Origin: a virus
IMG/VR virus record: IMGVR_UViG_3300022930_000005
Span: 1-44,529 of that record
Direction: 5' to 3' (one strand)
Length of the DNA stretch: 44,529 bases
The position numbers and the translations under genes are program-made. Under the pieces are notes generated by a model. That model searched no databases. It had not been told where the DNA came from and was given only the letters and a program-made list of their open reading frames with translations. Below are positions 1-10,143 of the stretch, in pieces (the first letter of the stretch is position 1; the number at the start of each line of letters is the position of its first letter).

Positions 1-127
1 GACGACCCCGGAATGCTGGTGGAGTTTCGCATCACTGACCCGGTGCCCAGGCGCTTCAGCACGGTCAAGGTCAACGAAGATTCAGGCGGAAGGGCGAGAT
101 AATGGCGGCGTTCATCAAGTTTTACCC
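1..127. repeat. Terminal overlap: bases 1-127 are the same sequence as 44403-44529 (circular or circularly permuted genome, unique length 44402 bp)
   Basis: Both ends read gacgaccccggaatgctggtgg...ggcgttcatcaagttttaccc. Bases 1-102 duplicate the 3' end of CDS 43110..44504 (stop TAA 100-102). Confidence 0.9.
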
Positions 128-521
128 CTTCGTTGAAGCGCTGGCCGAAAAGGTTCACAACCTCGGCAGCGACACGCTCAAGGTGCTGCTGTCCAACACC
201 GCGCCGTTGCAAACGAACGCGGTGAAGGCGGATATTACCGAAATCACGCCGGGGAACGGCTATACGGCTGGCGGGCCAACGGTCACGATCACCAGTTCTG
301 TCCAGACCGGCGGCGTTTACAAACTGGTGGGCAGCGATGTCGTCGTGACGGCAGCGGGTGGCCCCATCGGGCCGTTCCGCTACGTCGTCCTCTACAACGA
401 TACCGCTGCCGCTGATAACCTGATCGGATATTGGGATTACGGCTCGGCGCTGACCCTCGCCGATACCGAAGCGTTCACGCTTGACCTCAGCCCCGCCAAT
501 GGCATCCTGCAACTATCATGA
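102..521 (+). CDS. hypothetical virion/tail-module protein (139 aa)
   Basis: ATG 102 overlaps the TAA of the gp10-like gene (TAATG) and its stop overlaps the next start (ATGA). Third positions are GC-rich. No motif recognised. It follows the gp4/gp10-like tail genes across the junction. Confidence 0.6.
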   Translation: MAAFIKFYPFVEALAEKVHNLGSDTLKVLLSNTAPLQTNAVKADITEITPGNGYTAGGPTVTITSSVQTGGVYKLVGSDVVVTAAGGPIGPFRYVVLYNDTAAADNLIGYWDYGSALTLADTEAFTLDLSPANGILQLS

Positions 522-1021
522 CCAATTATACCCTAGTCGCCGCAGCGGGCATATTCGGGCTGGCGTTGTCGCAGCCGGCAGGGGTGCTTTATGCCGAAAC
601 CGGCATGTTCGGTGTCAGCGGGCAGACCGCCAATATCGTCCGGGGTTACGTCCAAGCCGATACGCCTTTGCGCCTGAAACTCGACCGGCTGCGGCTGCAC
701 GAAAAGATCGTCACGCCCGAGGGAAAACCGACGCCTCAGTTCCAAGTCTGGTGGCAGCGGCATTGCGAAGCGATCGAGCAGGCCTTTGCTGGCCTCGCGG
801 ATCAGGTGGCGGGCATCCAGGCTGCGTACGACGCGGCGGCACAAGCTAGCGCGGCGGCAAGCAACGCCAACAACGCAGTCGTTACCGTGCAGGGGGCGTT
901 GGCTGATGTGCAGGTGGTTTCGGACCAGTTGCAGGCCGGAACACTTAATCTCGACGCAGTGACGGTCGGGGGGGCGCGATTCGTGAACGATGGGACCGGG
1001 CAGTTGGTGGCTGAGCCATGA
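518..1021 (+). CDS. putative tail needle/fibre-like protein with an Ala/Gln-rich coiled-coil half (167 aa)
   Basis: ATGA coupling at both ends. Contains AIEQAFAGLADQVAGIQAAYDAAAQASAAASNANNAV. It sits where P22-type phages carry the needle. Function is assigned by position only. Confidence 0.35.
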   Translation: MTNYTLVAAAGIFGLALSQPAGVLYAETGMFGVSGQTANIVRGYVQADTPLRLKLDRLRLHEKIVTPEGKPTPQFQVWWQRHCEAIEQAFAGLADQVAGIQAAYDAAAQASAAASNANNAVVTVQGALADVQVVSDQLQAGTLNLDAVTVGGARFVNDGTGQLVAEP

Positions 1022-1464
1022 TCGGCCTCAAGCGTTCCTTTGATCCCGAGCGCGCCAATTATCTGGTGAATCATCCGAGCGTGCGCCCGCATGTCGGCGG
1101 CGATGTCTCAGCCGCAATCGACCTCGCTGCGTTTGTGGCCGAGCGCCAGAACGTGTTTCTTGACGGCGAGCATGGCGGTTTCGCCTTCACCTGGTCAGCC
1201 CCGCGCACTTATGAGGTTCATACCTTCATCCTACCCGAAGGCCGGGGCGAGTGGGCAGCGGAATTTGCCGAGTTGGCGCGAGATTGGATGGGCGACAATT
1301 TCGCCGACCACCTTTGGACGCGCGTACATCCCGAGGCTGTTAATGTGCGCAACTTTACGCTAAAGGCGGGCTTCAAACCGGCGGGCACCAACACCCTTGA
1401 TCTGGGAGCGGGCCCGGTGGCGTATGACTTGTTCGATTGGAGGCCGGAATGCCAGCAGGATTGA
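1018..1464 (+). CDS. GNAT-fold-like small protein inside the virion module (148 aa)
   Basis: HTFILPEGRGEWAAEFAELARDWMGDNF...VNVRNFTLKAGFKPAG resembles the GNAT core strands/helix. No clear Q/RxxGxG/A acetyl-CoA loop. Confidence 0.35.
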   Translation: MIGLKRSFDPERANYLVNHPSVRPHVGGDVSAAIDLAAFVAERQNVFLDGEHGGFAFTWSAPRTYEVHTFILPEGRGEWAAEFAELARDWMGDNFADHLWTRVHPEAVNVRNFTLKAGFKPAGTNTLDLGAGPVAYDLFDWRPECQQD

Positions 1465-2381
1465 TCATTGCCGGTGTCGCCGCTGCCTCCACTGTCGCTG
1501 GCGCTGCTATCTCGTCAAGCGCGCAAAAGAACGCGACCAAGCAAGCCACTCAGGCAGCGACGAACGCGACCAATTCCAACAACGCGCTCACCCGCGACAT
1601 CTACGACCAAAACAAGGGTGTTCTCAGCCCTTATATCCAGAACGGTTATGGCGCGAACAACGCGCTTTCCGGGTTGCTGGGTATTGGCGGGCAACCCGCT
1701 GCCACGCCGCTCCCTGCGAACAATAACGCTCTTGCCGGGCCGAACGGACAGCCGTTTTACGGTGCGAGCGGCATCGCGCGGGACGGCTACCAGAACGAAT
1801 ACAATGCGCAGCTTTACAACGAGGTGCCCACGGCAACTTGGTTGGCTCCGAGCGGTCAAGAGGCCGGCGCGCAGACTCCCACTGGTCAGGTGCAGCAGAT
1901 CACGCAGCAGCAGCCGGCGGGCGCTGCATCTCCCTATGAGCAGGCGTTCCAGAACTACCAGAACTCGACCGGCTACCAGTTCCGCGTCGGCGAGGGCTAC
2001 AAGGCGCTCAACAGCGGCTATGCGGCCAAGGGCTTGCTCAATTCCGGCGCGGCGCAAAAGGCGGCGCTGAATTATGGGCAGAACATCGCATCGGCTGAGT
2101 TCGGCAACTATCTCGGACAGCTTACCAATCAGCAAGCGGTCGGCTTGTCGGCGGGCAATGCACTGGCTGGCGTCGGTACGAACTATGCCGCTAACGTGAG
2201 CGCGAACAATAGCGCGCTTGCGGGCGTGCAGGCCAATGCTGCGCTTGCGAACGGGCAATCGACCGCGAATATGTGGGGCAGCATCGCCGGGGCAGCGGGT
2301 CAATTTGCGGGCGCGCTGGGTTCGTCCTACGGTGGCGGCGCAACGAAATCGACCGCGCCGCTTTGGGGGAAGATCGGCTAA
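1449..2381 (+). CDS. internal virion/ejection protein, N-terminal TM helix, Gly/Ala/Asn/Gln-rich (310 aa)
   Basis: SD TGGAGG 1438-1443 then ATG 1449 (the track ORF starts at an upstream TTG 1437). Hydrophobic GLIIAGVAAASTVAGAAISS is followed by low-complexity sequence. Confidence 0.5.
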   Translation: MPAGLIIAGVAAASTVAGAAISSSAQKNATKQATQAATNATNSNNALTRDIYDQNKGVLSPYIQNGYGANNALSGLLGIGGQPAATPLPANNNALAGPNGQPFYGASGIARDGYQNEYNAQLYNEVPTATWLAPSGQEAGAQTPTGQVQQITQQQPAGAASPYEQAFQNYQNSTGYQFRVGEGYKALNSGYAAKGLLNSGAAQKAALNYGQNIASAEFGNYLGQLTNQQAVGLSAGNALAGVGTNYAANVSANNSALAGVQANAALANGQSTANMWGSIAGAAGQFAGALGSSYGGGATKSTAPLWGKIG

Positions 2382-3184
2382 TGCCTTTTAACATCGATTG
2401 GTCTTTGGCGAATCCTATCAACGCAGGCGAGATGTTCGCGGCGGGGCTGGAGCGCGGCACCCAGCAGCGGGAGCAGCGTGAGCAAAAGAGCGCGCTTTCG
2501 GCGTACGCGGTTGACCCGAGCAAGCAGAACCTCAACGCGCTGGCTCCGTACAATCCGCAGTTCGTGATGCAACAGCGTCAGGCCCAGGAAAAGAGGGCTC
2601 TTGAGACGCAGCAGCAAGGCATTCGTGCGGCTGCTATCGGCGGCGATTCCAACGCTATGAAACAGCTTGGCGGCTTCGATACCGATACGTGGATGAAGCT
2701 GGACGAACACACGCGCGAGAAGGCTAAGCAGACCACGGCAATGCTTGGCCAGACGCTTTGGCAGATCGGCCAACTTCCCGAAGAGCAGAAAGCAGCCGCG
2801 TGGGCACAGTCCGTTCAGCAGTTCGAGGCCAGCGGGCAGGATATCCCGCCGCAATATGAACAGTACAGCCCGCAAGCGTTCAACGCACTGCTCGCTGAAA
2901 CGGAGCAGACGAAGGCGTATATTCAGGCGCAAGAGCCGCATTGGGTTCCTACGGCCAACGGCGGCTTGGTGAACACCAAGGATCCTGCATCGATCGCGGC
3001 GTATCAGGCGTCGATGGGCGGCGGTGGGCAACCGGCTGCGCAGGCTCCAAAAGGCCAGCCGGTGCAGATCAAGGGAGCGGAGGACTATAACAACCTCCCG
3101 CCCGGCGCGCATTACATTGATCCGAACGGGGTCCCACGGACTAAAGGAGGTGCGGCCCCTAGCGGCGCGCAGACCTTTCCCTAA
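2381..3184 (+). CDS. internal virion/ejection protein, Gln/Ala-rich (267 aa)
   Basis: ATG 2381 overlaps TAA 2379-2381. The track ORF's upstream extension to 2273 lies inside the previous gene. Confidence 0.5.
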   Translation: MPFNIDWSLANPINAGEMFAAGLERGTQQREQREQKSALSAYAVDPSKQNLNALAPYNPQFVMQQRQAQEKRALETQQQGIRAAAIGGDSNAMKQLGGFDTDTWMKLDEHTREKAKQTTAMLGQTLWQIGQLPEEQKAAAWAQSVQQFEASGQDIPPQYEQYSPQAFNALLAETEQTKAYIQAQEPHWVPTANGGLVNTKDPASIAAYQASMGGGGQPAAQAPKGQPVQIKGAEDYNNLPPGAHYIDPNGVPRTKGGAAPSGAQTFP

Positions 3185-3188
3185 GCCG

Positions 3189-3776
3189 GTGGTTCCGGGC
3201 AATATCAATTTGCATAATCGCCCAACGCATAAAAACGCGGACGGCTCGATATCGACTGTGCGCAGTATCTCGATTGGTACAGACCAAGGCGAGGTTCTTA
3301 TCCCGACGATTTCGGATGACGGGCGGCTTATGAGCGATGATCAGGCCGTTGCCCAATACCGGCGCACGGGGCGACATTTGGGCATATTCAGCACGCCCGC
3401 TGATGCAGACGCGTATGCAGTGTCGCTGCATAATGATCAAGCGCGGGAATATGTGCGCCCTTCATCGGCGGTGCGCGCAGCCTACCCCATCCCAGATGGG
3501 CGTGCCGCTGCTCTGTCAGTCTACCCCGGCCTGCATATTACGGATAATGAGCGCGACCCCAAAAGCCCGCTTGGCAGGGCAAACCCTAATTCGTGGCATA
3601 ATCGATCTCGCGCCGCTATTGATGCTCGTCCAATCAAGGGAATGACGTTTGAGCAGTACGTGCAGGGTTACCGCGATGCAGGCTACGACATCATTCAGAA
3701 GCGCGACGAAGTGAAGAACCCAAGCGGGCACGCGACTGGCCCGCACTGGCACGTAGTTTTAGGGAAGCGCCGATGA
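3189..3776 (+). CDS. virion-associated peptidoglycan hydrolase, LAS/M15-type zinc peptidase (about 195 aa)
   Basis: [11 protein letters not shown] (3591-3623) fits SxHxxGxAxD and GPHWHV (His 3744-3746 and 3750-3752) fits the HxH motif. An N-terminal [20 protein letters not shown] module is present. There is no ATG; GTG 3189 lies 4 nt after the upstream TAA. See the frameshift finding. Confidence 0.55.
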   Translation: MVPGNINLHNRPTHKNADGSISTVRSISIGTDQGEVLIPTISDDGRLMSDDQAVAQYRRTGRHLGIFSTPADADAYAVSLHNDQAREYVRPSSAVRAAYPIPDGRAAALSVYPGLHITDNERDPKSPLGRANPNSWHNRSRAAIDARPIKGMTFEQYVQGYRDAGYDIIQKRDEVKNPSGHATGPHWHVVLGKRR

Positions 3777-6727
3777 TCGCCTACAGCCCGACCCCTACGC
3801 CTACCGGCGCGAACCCTTGGGACAACGACCCGGTTGTTGGCGCGCCTCAAGCACCTGCGCCAGTACAGCAGCGTCCGCAGGCCGGGCCTATTTTCGTCCC
3901 CGGCGTAAAGCAGCGCGACCCTATCCAAGACGAACGCGACCGCCTTGCAGCAGAGCAGGCGCGCATCAATATCGCCAAGTCTCAGCAGCCGGATTTGCCC
4001 ACCGGCTATCGCATGGGACCAAACGGCCAAGCCGAGCGGATTCCCGGCCTGCCGGTGGAAAGTGGTGCGCAAGGCCCCAAGACCGAGGAAATGATGGCGG
4101 CGGCTCGGGTCGAGGCGTTGGACAAACTGCGCCTTGCCCGCCGTCTGCGCGATCGTTCGAAGGAGGGGTATTTTACGGGGTCGGGCTATCAGACGCTAAA
4201 GGGCATCCCGATTATCGGGCAGAATGCCTATGACTTCGAAGCCGACACGGACACGCTCAAAAACGCAGCCGCATTGCAGCGCATCATGGAAATGGCGCAG
4301 GCGAACGGCGGCAAGAACCCGCTTACCCCGCTGTCCAACTCCGACTTTCAGGCGCTTGCGAGCAGCTTGACCAGCCTTGACCCGCGCTCCAGCGATGATC
4401 AGTACCAGCGCAATTTGCAGGTCACCGAAGACCTCTATCGGCGTATGTACGAGCAGGCAGGCGGTAAGGATTTGGATGGCGACCTGGCTGGCCATTCCAA
4501 CGTCGAGCACCGCGAACTGGACGCAAACGGGCGCCCTAAGATGCTCGCCGACGAACAATTGAAGCGTGGTGACGAAGCCGCGCCGATCATTGGTGCGCGC
4601 GTACCCCCTGAAATTGCAGGTCAGGTGTCGCAGGCGATCCATGCCAACAATCGCGAGGAAGTGAATCGGCTTTACGGTGCGCTTGGCTTGGCTGGCCCGA
4701 GCGATGCGAATTGGGAAGCCGTCCGCAAGGTAGCGGTGCAGCAGCCAAACCATGTATTCGGCACCGATGCCAGCGCTTTGGACACTGCTGCACAGAACGC
4801 TTACGACAAGAAGCGCTATGGCGAATACCTCCCTGTCGAGATGGCCCGTATCAAGGCGCAGGGCATGGAGGGGCAGGCCGGTACGGCGCTCGCTGGCTAT
4901 GGCGACACGGCCACCTTTGGGTTCGCCGACGAAATTGGCGCGGCTGGCGATACGCTGCTGAGCGGTGGCACGTTCAAGGACAATTTGCAGCGCGTCCGGG
5001 CGGGCATGGAAGCGGGAAGCCGCGTCAATCCAGGCTCGCGCTTTGCAGGCCAAATGGCTGGCGCGCTTAGCCCGCTAGGCCGCGTTGGCACGGCGATCCG
5101 CAGCGGCGGGGCGGTTCGCGAGGGCGCTATCCTCGGCGGCGCGTATGGCGTCGGTTCGTCCGATCCAAGCCCCGAAGGCACAGCGGCAACCCAAATCGGG
5201 CAACGTGCGACTGGCGGCGCATTGGGTGCGCTTATCGGTGGGGGAACCGCTGGCGTGCTCGGCGCTGCGGTCAACCGCGCCGGGCGCCCGCCTACGCCTC
5301 CCGGTGGGCCGCGCGCTGCCGACATCGCACGAGCTGCGGACGAAGAGGGCATCCAGATCAGCCGCCCGATCGTAGATCCTTCGCGCCGCGATGCGATGTC
5401 CTATCTGGAATCGTCAATCGGTGGCGGCGGACCTGTGCGGCGCTCGCTTGCCGCCACCTCGGAAGGGCTGGAAACTCGCGCTGGCGAACTCGGCGCGGGC
5501 GGTACTGCGCTGGACGAGTTTGGCGCAGGCTCTGCGGTGCAAGGCGCGGCGCGGCGCTTTATCCAGGAAAGTGGCGGCAGGGCGCGTCGCATGTACGACC
5601 GTGCGGCGGAATTGGCTGGTGACACGCCTGTGCGCGGGCAGGAAGCGCTTGCCGCACTCGACAACCAGATCGCCGATCTGTCGCGCAACGCCAACCAGAA
5701 TGCGCCGCTAATCCGCTATATGCAGGAAGTGCGAGGCGACTTCGTCGATGAAGCGGGCAATCTGATCAACAAGGGTGTCGGCGACATTCGCGATATTCGC
5801 ACCGGGCTGCGTGGCAATATCAGCAATCGCGGGCTGACCGGGACGGACGCTGACCGCCGTATGGGCATGGTTCTGGACGCAGCTACCCGCGACATCACGC
5901 GCGACCTTGGTGCAGCGGCTCCGCGTGCAGTTGCCGAGTTCCGCCGTGCCGACACCTTCTACCGTGAACGCCAGAGCGAAATCAAAAACGTCGTACAGCG
6001 CGTTCTCGGGGCAAGCCGTCGCCAGAGTGATCAAATCAGCCCTGAGACGGCATGGCGCAACGTTCGGGCAATGGCAGGGCCGAAAGGCGATAGTGCGGCG
6101 CTGGCGCGTCTGTGGCGACGGTTGGAGCCGGGCGAGGCACGTGATGCCGCCGCTAGCCTTGCCGAGACGTTTGGCCGACGCTCTGCCGATGAACCTTTCT
6201 CGCCCGCGAACTTCATCAACTCGGTTCGCGGAATTTCCGGGCCAGCCCGGCAAACCTTGTTCGGTCCGGAAGGCGCGCGCTCGATTGCCAATCTGCGTCT
6301 AGTGGCCGAGGCGTATCGCGACACCGCTGCCCGGTTGAACAACTCGCGGTCGGGGCAAGTGATGCAGTGGGGCAATTTCCTGCGCAATTTCGTGCCGAGC
6401 GCTGGTGCCGGCGCGGCTGGGGGCGCTGTACTTGGCGGGCCTGTCGGCGCGGCAGTTGGCGCAAGCCTTGTGGCGGGTAGTGGTGTCGGCGTGCGCAATA
6501 TCTCGGCGCGTATGCTGATGTCCCCTAATATGTCGCGCTGGCTCGCGCAGGCCGCACGCCAGACTACGCCGCGTGGCATTGAACGCCAGATCGAGCGCCT
6601 TCGCCTTGTCGCCACCCGCGATCCTGCAATCGCACAGGATGCGCTCGGGTTGCAGCAGTACCTCCAGCGCGCGATTGCTGAGACGCCATCAAGGGCCGCT
6701 GCCACCGGACGCGATGAAAACCAGTGA
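3773..6727 (+). CDS. large internal virion / DNA-ejection protein (984 aa)
   Basis: ATGA overlap at 3773. Ala/Gly/Arg-rich with Gly-zipper hydrophobic stretches ([19 protein letters not shown]; [30 protein letters not shown]). Its position matches P22 gp20/gp16-type ejection proteins. Confidence 0.55.
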   Translation: MIAYSPTPTPTGANPWDNDPVVGAPQAPAPVQQRPQAGPIFVPGVKQRDPIQDERDRLAAEQARINIAKSQQPDLPTGYRMGPNGQAERIPGLPVESGAQGPKTEEMMAAARVEALDKLRLARRLRDRSKEGYFTGSGYQTLKGIPIIGQNAYDFEADTDTLKNAAALQRIMEMAQANGGKNPLTPLSNSDFQALASSLTSLDPRSSDDQYQRNLQVTEDLYRRMYEQAGGKDLDGDLAGHSNVEHRELDANGRPKMLADEQLKRGDEAAPIIGARVPPEIAGQVSQAIHANNREEVNRLYGALGLAGPSDANWEAVRKVAVQQPNHVFGTDASALDTAAQNAYDKKRYGEYLPVEMARIKAQGMEGQAGTALAGYGDTATFGFADEIGAAGDTLLSGGTFKDNLQRVRAGMEAGSRVNPGSRFAGQMAGALSPLGRVGTAIRSGGAVREGAILGGAYGVGSSDPSPEGTAATQIGQRATGGALGALIGGGTAGVLGAAVNRAGRPPTPPGGPRAADIARAADEEGIQISRPIVDPSRRDAMSYLESSIGGGGPVRRSLAATSEGLETRAGELGAGGTALDEFGAGSAVQGAARRFIQESGGRARRMYDRAAELAGDTPVRGQEALAALDNQIADLSRNANQNAPLIRYMQEVRGDFVDEAGNLINKGVGDIRDIRTGLRGNISNRGLTGTDADRRMGMVLDAATRDITRDLGAAAPRAVAEFRRADTFYRERQSEIKNVVQRVLGASRRQSDQISPETAWRNVRAMAGPKGDSAALARLWRRLEPGEARDAAASLAETFGRRSADEPFSPANFINSVRGISGPARQTLFGPEGARSIANLRLVAEAYRDTAARLNNSRSGQVMQWGNFLRNFVPSAGAGAAGGAVLGGPVGAAVGASLVAGSGVGVRNISARMLMSPNMSRWLAQAARQTTPRGIERQIERLRLVATRDPAIAQDALGLQQYLQRAIAETPSRAAATGRDENQ

Positions 6728-6823
6728 GGGAAACCACCAGTAAATCGCGATAAGTAGTGCCCAAAAGCGCCAGCTTCGCGGGCTTCGATAATCCATAAAC
6801 TACCGTACCGGGGAACGACATAA

Positions 6824-9800
6824 ATGGCTAACCTATTCCAGCCCTCACTTGACCGAGTAACGGACAGCAACGGCGATCCGATCAGTGGCGCGAAGATGTA
6901 TTTCTGGGCAACCGGAACCTCAACGCCAATGACCTTCTACGCGGACCAAGCTGAAACTGCGCCGGGAACAAGCCCGCTGGTTTCCAATTCGGTGGGGCTA
7001 TTCGCGCCCGCATATCTGGACGCGGCAACTACCTATCGGATCAAACTGACCAACTCCACCGGCTCGCTCACGATTTGGGATGTTGACCCGGTTCGCGGCT
7101 ATGATGAAGGCATGGTGCAGACCGCTTCGGCGGCGGCTGTTGCTGCGGCTGCGCAGGCGGTTGCCGCGCGTGATGTGGTTGTCCCGCTCGCCGCGCAGGT
7201 ATCCGATGACGCCGACGATGCGGAAGCCGCCGCGCTAATCGCAACCGGTGCCGCCAACTCCGTCCTCAACTACAAGGGCACCTTCGCCACGACCGCCGAC
7301 GCGCTATCGAATGGCGTCCTGTCCAATGCCGCTATCACGGGCGGCACCGGCGGTACCAACGGCACGTTTGACGGCACGGTAACGGGCGGTGGCGGCAGTG
7401 GCGCGGCGTTCCGGTTTGTAGTAGCTGGCGGTGCCCTGACGCAGATCGTGTGGCAATCGGCGGGACGCGGCTATACGACGGCGCCGACGCTCGGGTTCGC
7501 GGCATCGGCTGGGTTGACCGGGGCGTCGGCAACGGCTGTCATCGGCGCGAACACGGTGGTTGGCGACTATTTCGCTATCCCGAGCGCGCAGGGTGGCGGG
7601 TTGTTCGATTGGTATGTCGTGTCGGCGGGGCCTGTTGCGACCTATTACCGGACGGCACCGAACGCGGATGCAGTGATTGCGGCGGTCAGCCTTGCGCAGC
7701 AGCTTACCGGCACGTCGCTTACCCGCGTTGGTATCTCGACGGCGACGGTCGGGCGCACGAACTACGACAACGCCTTTTCCAATCTGACCAACGTCTATAT
7801 CTCGGCAGACGCTACGCAACTGGACGGCGTATTCACCTCGCTTATCGTTAACGCCGGGTCGGCGGGCACGGGGCGCTTCATCCTTCTCGATGGCGACCGC
7901 AAGGCGATTTACGAAGGGCCGACACAGACCATTGCGGGTGCCGGCCTTTACACTCAGACGGGCATGAGGGTTGACGCGCCAGCGGGCACGCGCATCGGCT
8001 TCCAATGGCTGACCAACGGCGGGTTGAGCAACGTCCGCTACAACGCCGCGTCGCCTGGCGGATTCTTCACGGTTGCGGGGTATGGCGGCGTCGGCTCAAC
8101 CGTCACGATTACCGAAAGCACGGTCAACGGCGCGGCGGTATCCGGCGTGCTGGAAACTGCTGCCGCATCGTCTCAGGTGCAGATCTATGGGTTGACCGCA
8201 CGCGAGGATGCGACCGACCGGACGCGCATCAATTCCGCTCGCCGCGCCAATGCCATTACCAGCGGCGGAAATTACACCGAACTCGCGGTTGCTCGGGATG
8301 CTGGCTACCAGTCGCCAGAAGGCTCTTATATCGAGGCCCTTTCCGGGACGTTCATTTTTGGCGCAACGATCGCGACGCTGCGCAGCGATATCATTCGCCG
8401 GCCAACCAATTCCGCTGCGGTGAATGCGGTGCCGTTTGCGGCCAGTACGGGTGATGTCACGCTCCACACCTTCTACACGACGCCTGCCGCTTTGGGTGCC
8501 GTCTCGGGCCAACCGATCGATGCGGTGTTCACGCCGAACAAGCAAATCCGCGAAGATCCGAACTTCATCTATATCTGGCGTCTGCGCGCCTACACCTCCA
8601 CGGGTGCGGCGGCGAGCGCGATGGAAGTTGGCACGGCCCCATCCAACAACACGGTTGGCCGGTGGAAGGGCTGGACCAACGGGGCGTCTACCGCGTCCGT
8701 TGACCTCGCTATGGGATTTGTCACGCGCGGCGCTCGGGTCACGACGTTCGACGACCGAATCGTCGGCGCGGCAATGACCAGCAACGGCCTTGGCGCAACG
8801 TTTGAAGTCCAATTGTCTCGCGTCGGGCAAATGAAGCGCATCCCGGCATCGTTCACCTTCACCGCCCCGACCGGCACCAAGCGCTATGATCGCGTCGTCA
8901 TCGATGTTGAAACCGAGGTAGTTTCGGTTTTGGCCGGCGGCGAGGATGGCGCGGCGACGATAACCGGGACCGCGCCAAATGTCCTGAGGCCCGACGCTAC
9001 CGAGCGCATGGCGGCGCTGACTTCGCCGACGCAGCTCCTTATCGCCAACGTTCGCGTCGGGGCTACGTCGCTGACCATTATTCCGCAGTGGGATTTGGAC
9101 AATACCGGCCTGCCCCGCTCCATCGCCAAGCAGCTTGTCGAGGATGAGCGGTTTAATGATCAGGCGCTCGGTATTTTCCGGCGCGCGCTATATGGGGCTG
9201 GCGTCGTTCCGATCATCGCATTGATGGGCGACAGCCTTATGGCAATCGCCAACGGCACGGCACCCGACACCTCGCCCAATGGCGTGAATCGTGATCGCGG
9301 CACCGCGCCCACGACCGACTCCCTCCACTATCTGCGCGACGGGCTTTCCGATGCCCTTGTGGACGATACCACGCGATTCCCGCTCTACACCGCCGTGCAA
9401 CTCAACCGAGCGGATGACGGCGCGGGCGCAGTCCATACGAAGGTTGGCTTCGCTTGGGCTGCGATCAGTCGGTTAGAGGCCGCATCGGTCAAACTGGTGT
9501 CGGCAGGGCAAATGAGCCTTGTCAATTGGGCGGCGGCTGGCTCTACGGCAGCAGCAGCGGTTTCCGGAGTAGCCAGTGACGGCACCGGCACACCAGCCGC
9601 GACTACGTTCCTGACGGCGGTTCGTGACGGCGTAGCGACTGGAGCAGGTGGGAAACCGCACCTTGTCATCTGCAACTACGGCATGAACCCATCGGCCTCA
9701 ATTGCCCAATATCGAGCGCAAATGGCGTTCATCGTGCGATACCTCCGCGCCGCCGGGATTAGCGTCCTGGTCGTCGGTGTCGGCCTGAAGCGTAGCAACG

Positions 9801-10012
9801 ATTGGACGACGTACCTGCCGTACAATCAGGCCGGTCGCCAAGCCGCGCTCGCAAACGGCGGGGCGCACTTGTCGCTTGCCATGCTGCACGCCGAGCCGTT
9901 CTTTGGCGCCGGAATCGCCAGCGTAGACGCCTGTGCCGCGAATTATATCAACCACTACGGGCCGACCGAATATGAGCGCATCGGCCAGTGGGTGGCGGCT
10001 GTTTTGGCATAA
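6824..10012 (+). CDS. tailspike/tail fibre with a C-terminal SGNH/GDSL esterase-like domain (1062 aa)
   Basis: The N-terminus (GAKMYFWATGTSTPMTFYAD...YRIKLTNSTGSLTIWDVDPV) resembles podovirus head-binding domains. GDS block at 9227-9235 (IIALMGDSLM), YGMNP at 9677-9691, C-terminal INHYGPTEYERIG. Confidence 0.65.
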   Translation: MANLFQPSLDRVTDSNGDPISGAKMYFWATGTSTPMTFYADQAETAPGTSPLVSNSVGLFAPAYLDAATTYRIKLTNSTGSLTIWDVDPVRGYDEGMVQTASAAAVAAAAQAVAARDVVVPLAAQVSDDADDAEAAALIATGAANSVLNYKGTFATTADALSNGVLSNAAITGGTGGTNGTFDGTVTGGGGSGAAFRFVVAGGALTQIVWQSAGRGYTTAPTLGFAASAGLTGASATAVIGANTVVGDYFAIPSAQGGGLFDWYVVSAGPVATYYRTAPNADAVIAAVSLAQQLTGTSLTRVGISTATVGRTNYDNAFSNLTNVYISADATQLDGVFTSLIVNAGSAGTGRFILLDGDRKAIYEGPTQTIAGAGLYTQTGMRVDAPAGTRIGFQWLTNGGLSNVRYNAASPGGFFTVAGYGGVGSTVTITESTVNGAAVSGVLETAAASSQVQIYGLTAREDATDRTRINSARRANAITSGGNYTELAVARDAGYQSPEGSYIEALSGTFIFGATIATLRSDIIRRPTNSAAVNAVPFAASTGDVTLHTFYTTPAALGAVSGQPIDAVFTPNKQIREDPNFIYIWRLRAYTSTGAAASAMEVGTAPSNNTVGRWKGWTNGASTASVDLAMGFVTRGARVTTFDDRIVGAAMTSNGLGATFEVQLSRVGQMKRIPASFTFTAPTGTKRYDRVVIDVETEVVSVLAGGEDGAATITGTAPNVLRPDATERMAALTSPTQLLIANVRVGATSLTIIPQWDLDNTGLPRSIAKQLVEDERFNDQALGIFRRALYGAGVVPIIALMGDSLMAIANGTAPDTSPNGVNRDRGTAPTTDSLHYLRDGLSDALVDDTTRFPLYTAVQLNRADDGAGAVHTKVGFAWAAISRLEAASVKLVSAGQMSLVNWAAAGSTAAAAVSGVASDGTGTPAATTFLTAVRDGVATGAGGKPHLVICNYGMNPSASIAQYRAQMAFIVRYLRAAGISVLVVGVGLKRSNDWTTYLPYNQAGRQAALANGGAHLSLAMLHAEPFFGAGIASVDACAANYINHYGPTEYERIGQWVAAVLA

Positions 10013-10038
10013 CCGTTCAACCACGAAGGAGACTACCA

Positions 10039-10143
10039 ATGGACGACCCCCAAATCCCGCCCGCGCCCCCGCCGAGTCCATCGCCGTCGCCTAGCCCGAC
10101 GCCGACGCCGAAGCCCAAGTATGACGACGAGACTCCGGTCTGA
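10039..10143 (+). CDS. Pro-rich micro-ORF (34 aa): MDDPQIPPAPPPSPSPSPSPTPTPKPKYDDETPV
   Basis: Not in the ORF track (<60 aa). SD AAGGAG 10026-10031 lies 7 nt before ATG 10039. Stop TGA 10141-10143 abuts the next ATG (TGAATG). Confidence 0.5.
   Translation: MDDPQIPPAPPPSPSPSPSPTPTPKPKYDDETPV

Noticed and set aside
3024-3188. Upstream 55 codons of track ORF 3024..3776 as an ordinary N-terminus of the peptidase
   Set aside because: This part lies entirely inside the preceding gene in another frame and starts at a non-ATG codon without SD. I kept it only as the possible +1 frameshift window.
1515-6870. Long - strand ORFs (1515..2303, 2378..3208, 4196..5053, 5708..6253, 6031..6870) inside the ejection-protein genes
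   Set aside because: They are antisense shadows of strongly supported + strand genes, have Arg/Pro-rich nonsense composition, and are not chained to any neighbouring gene.
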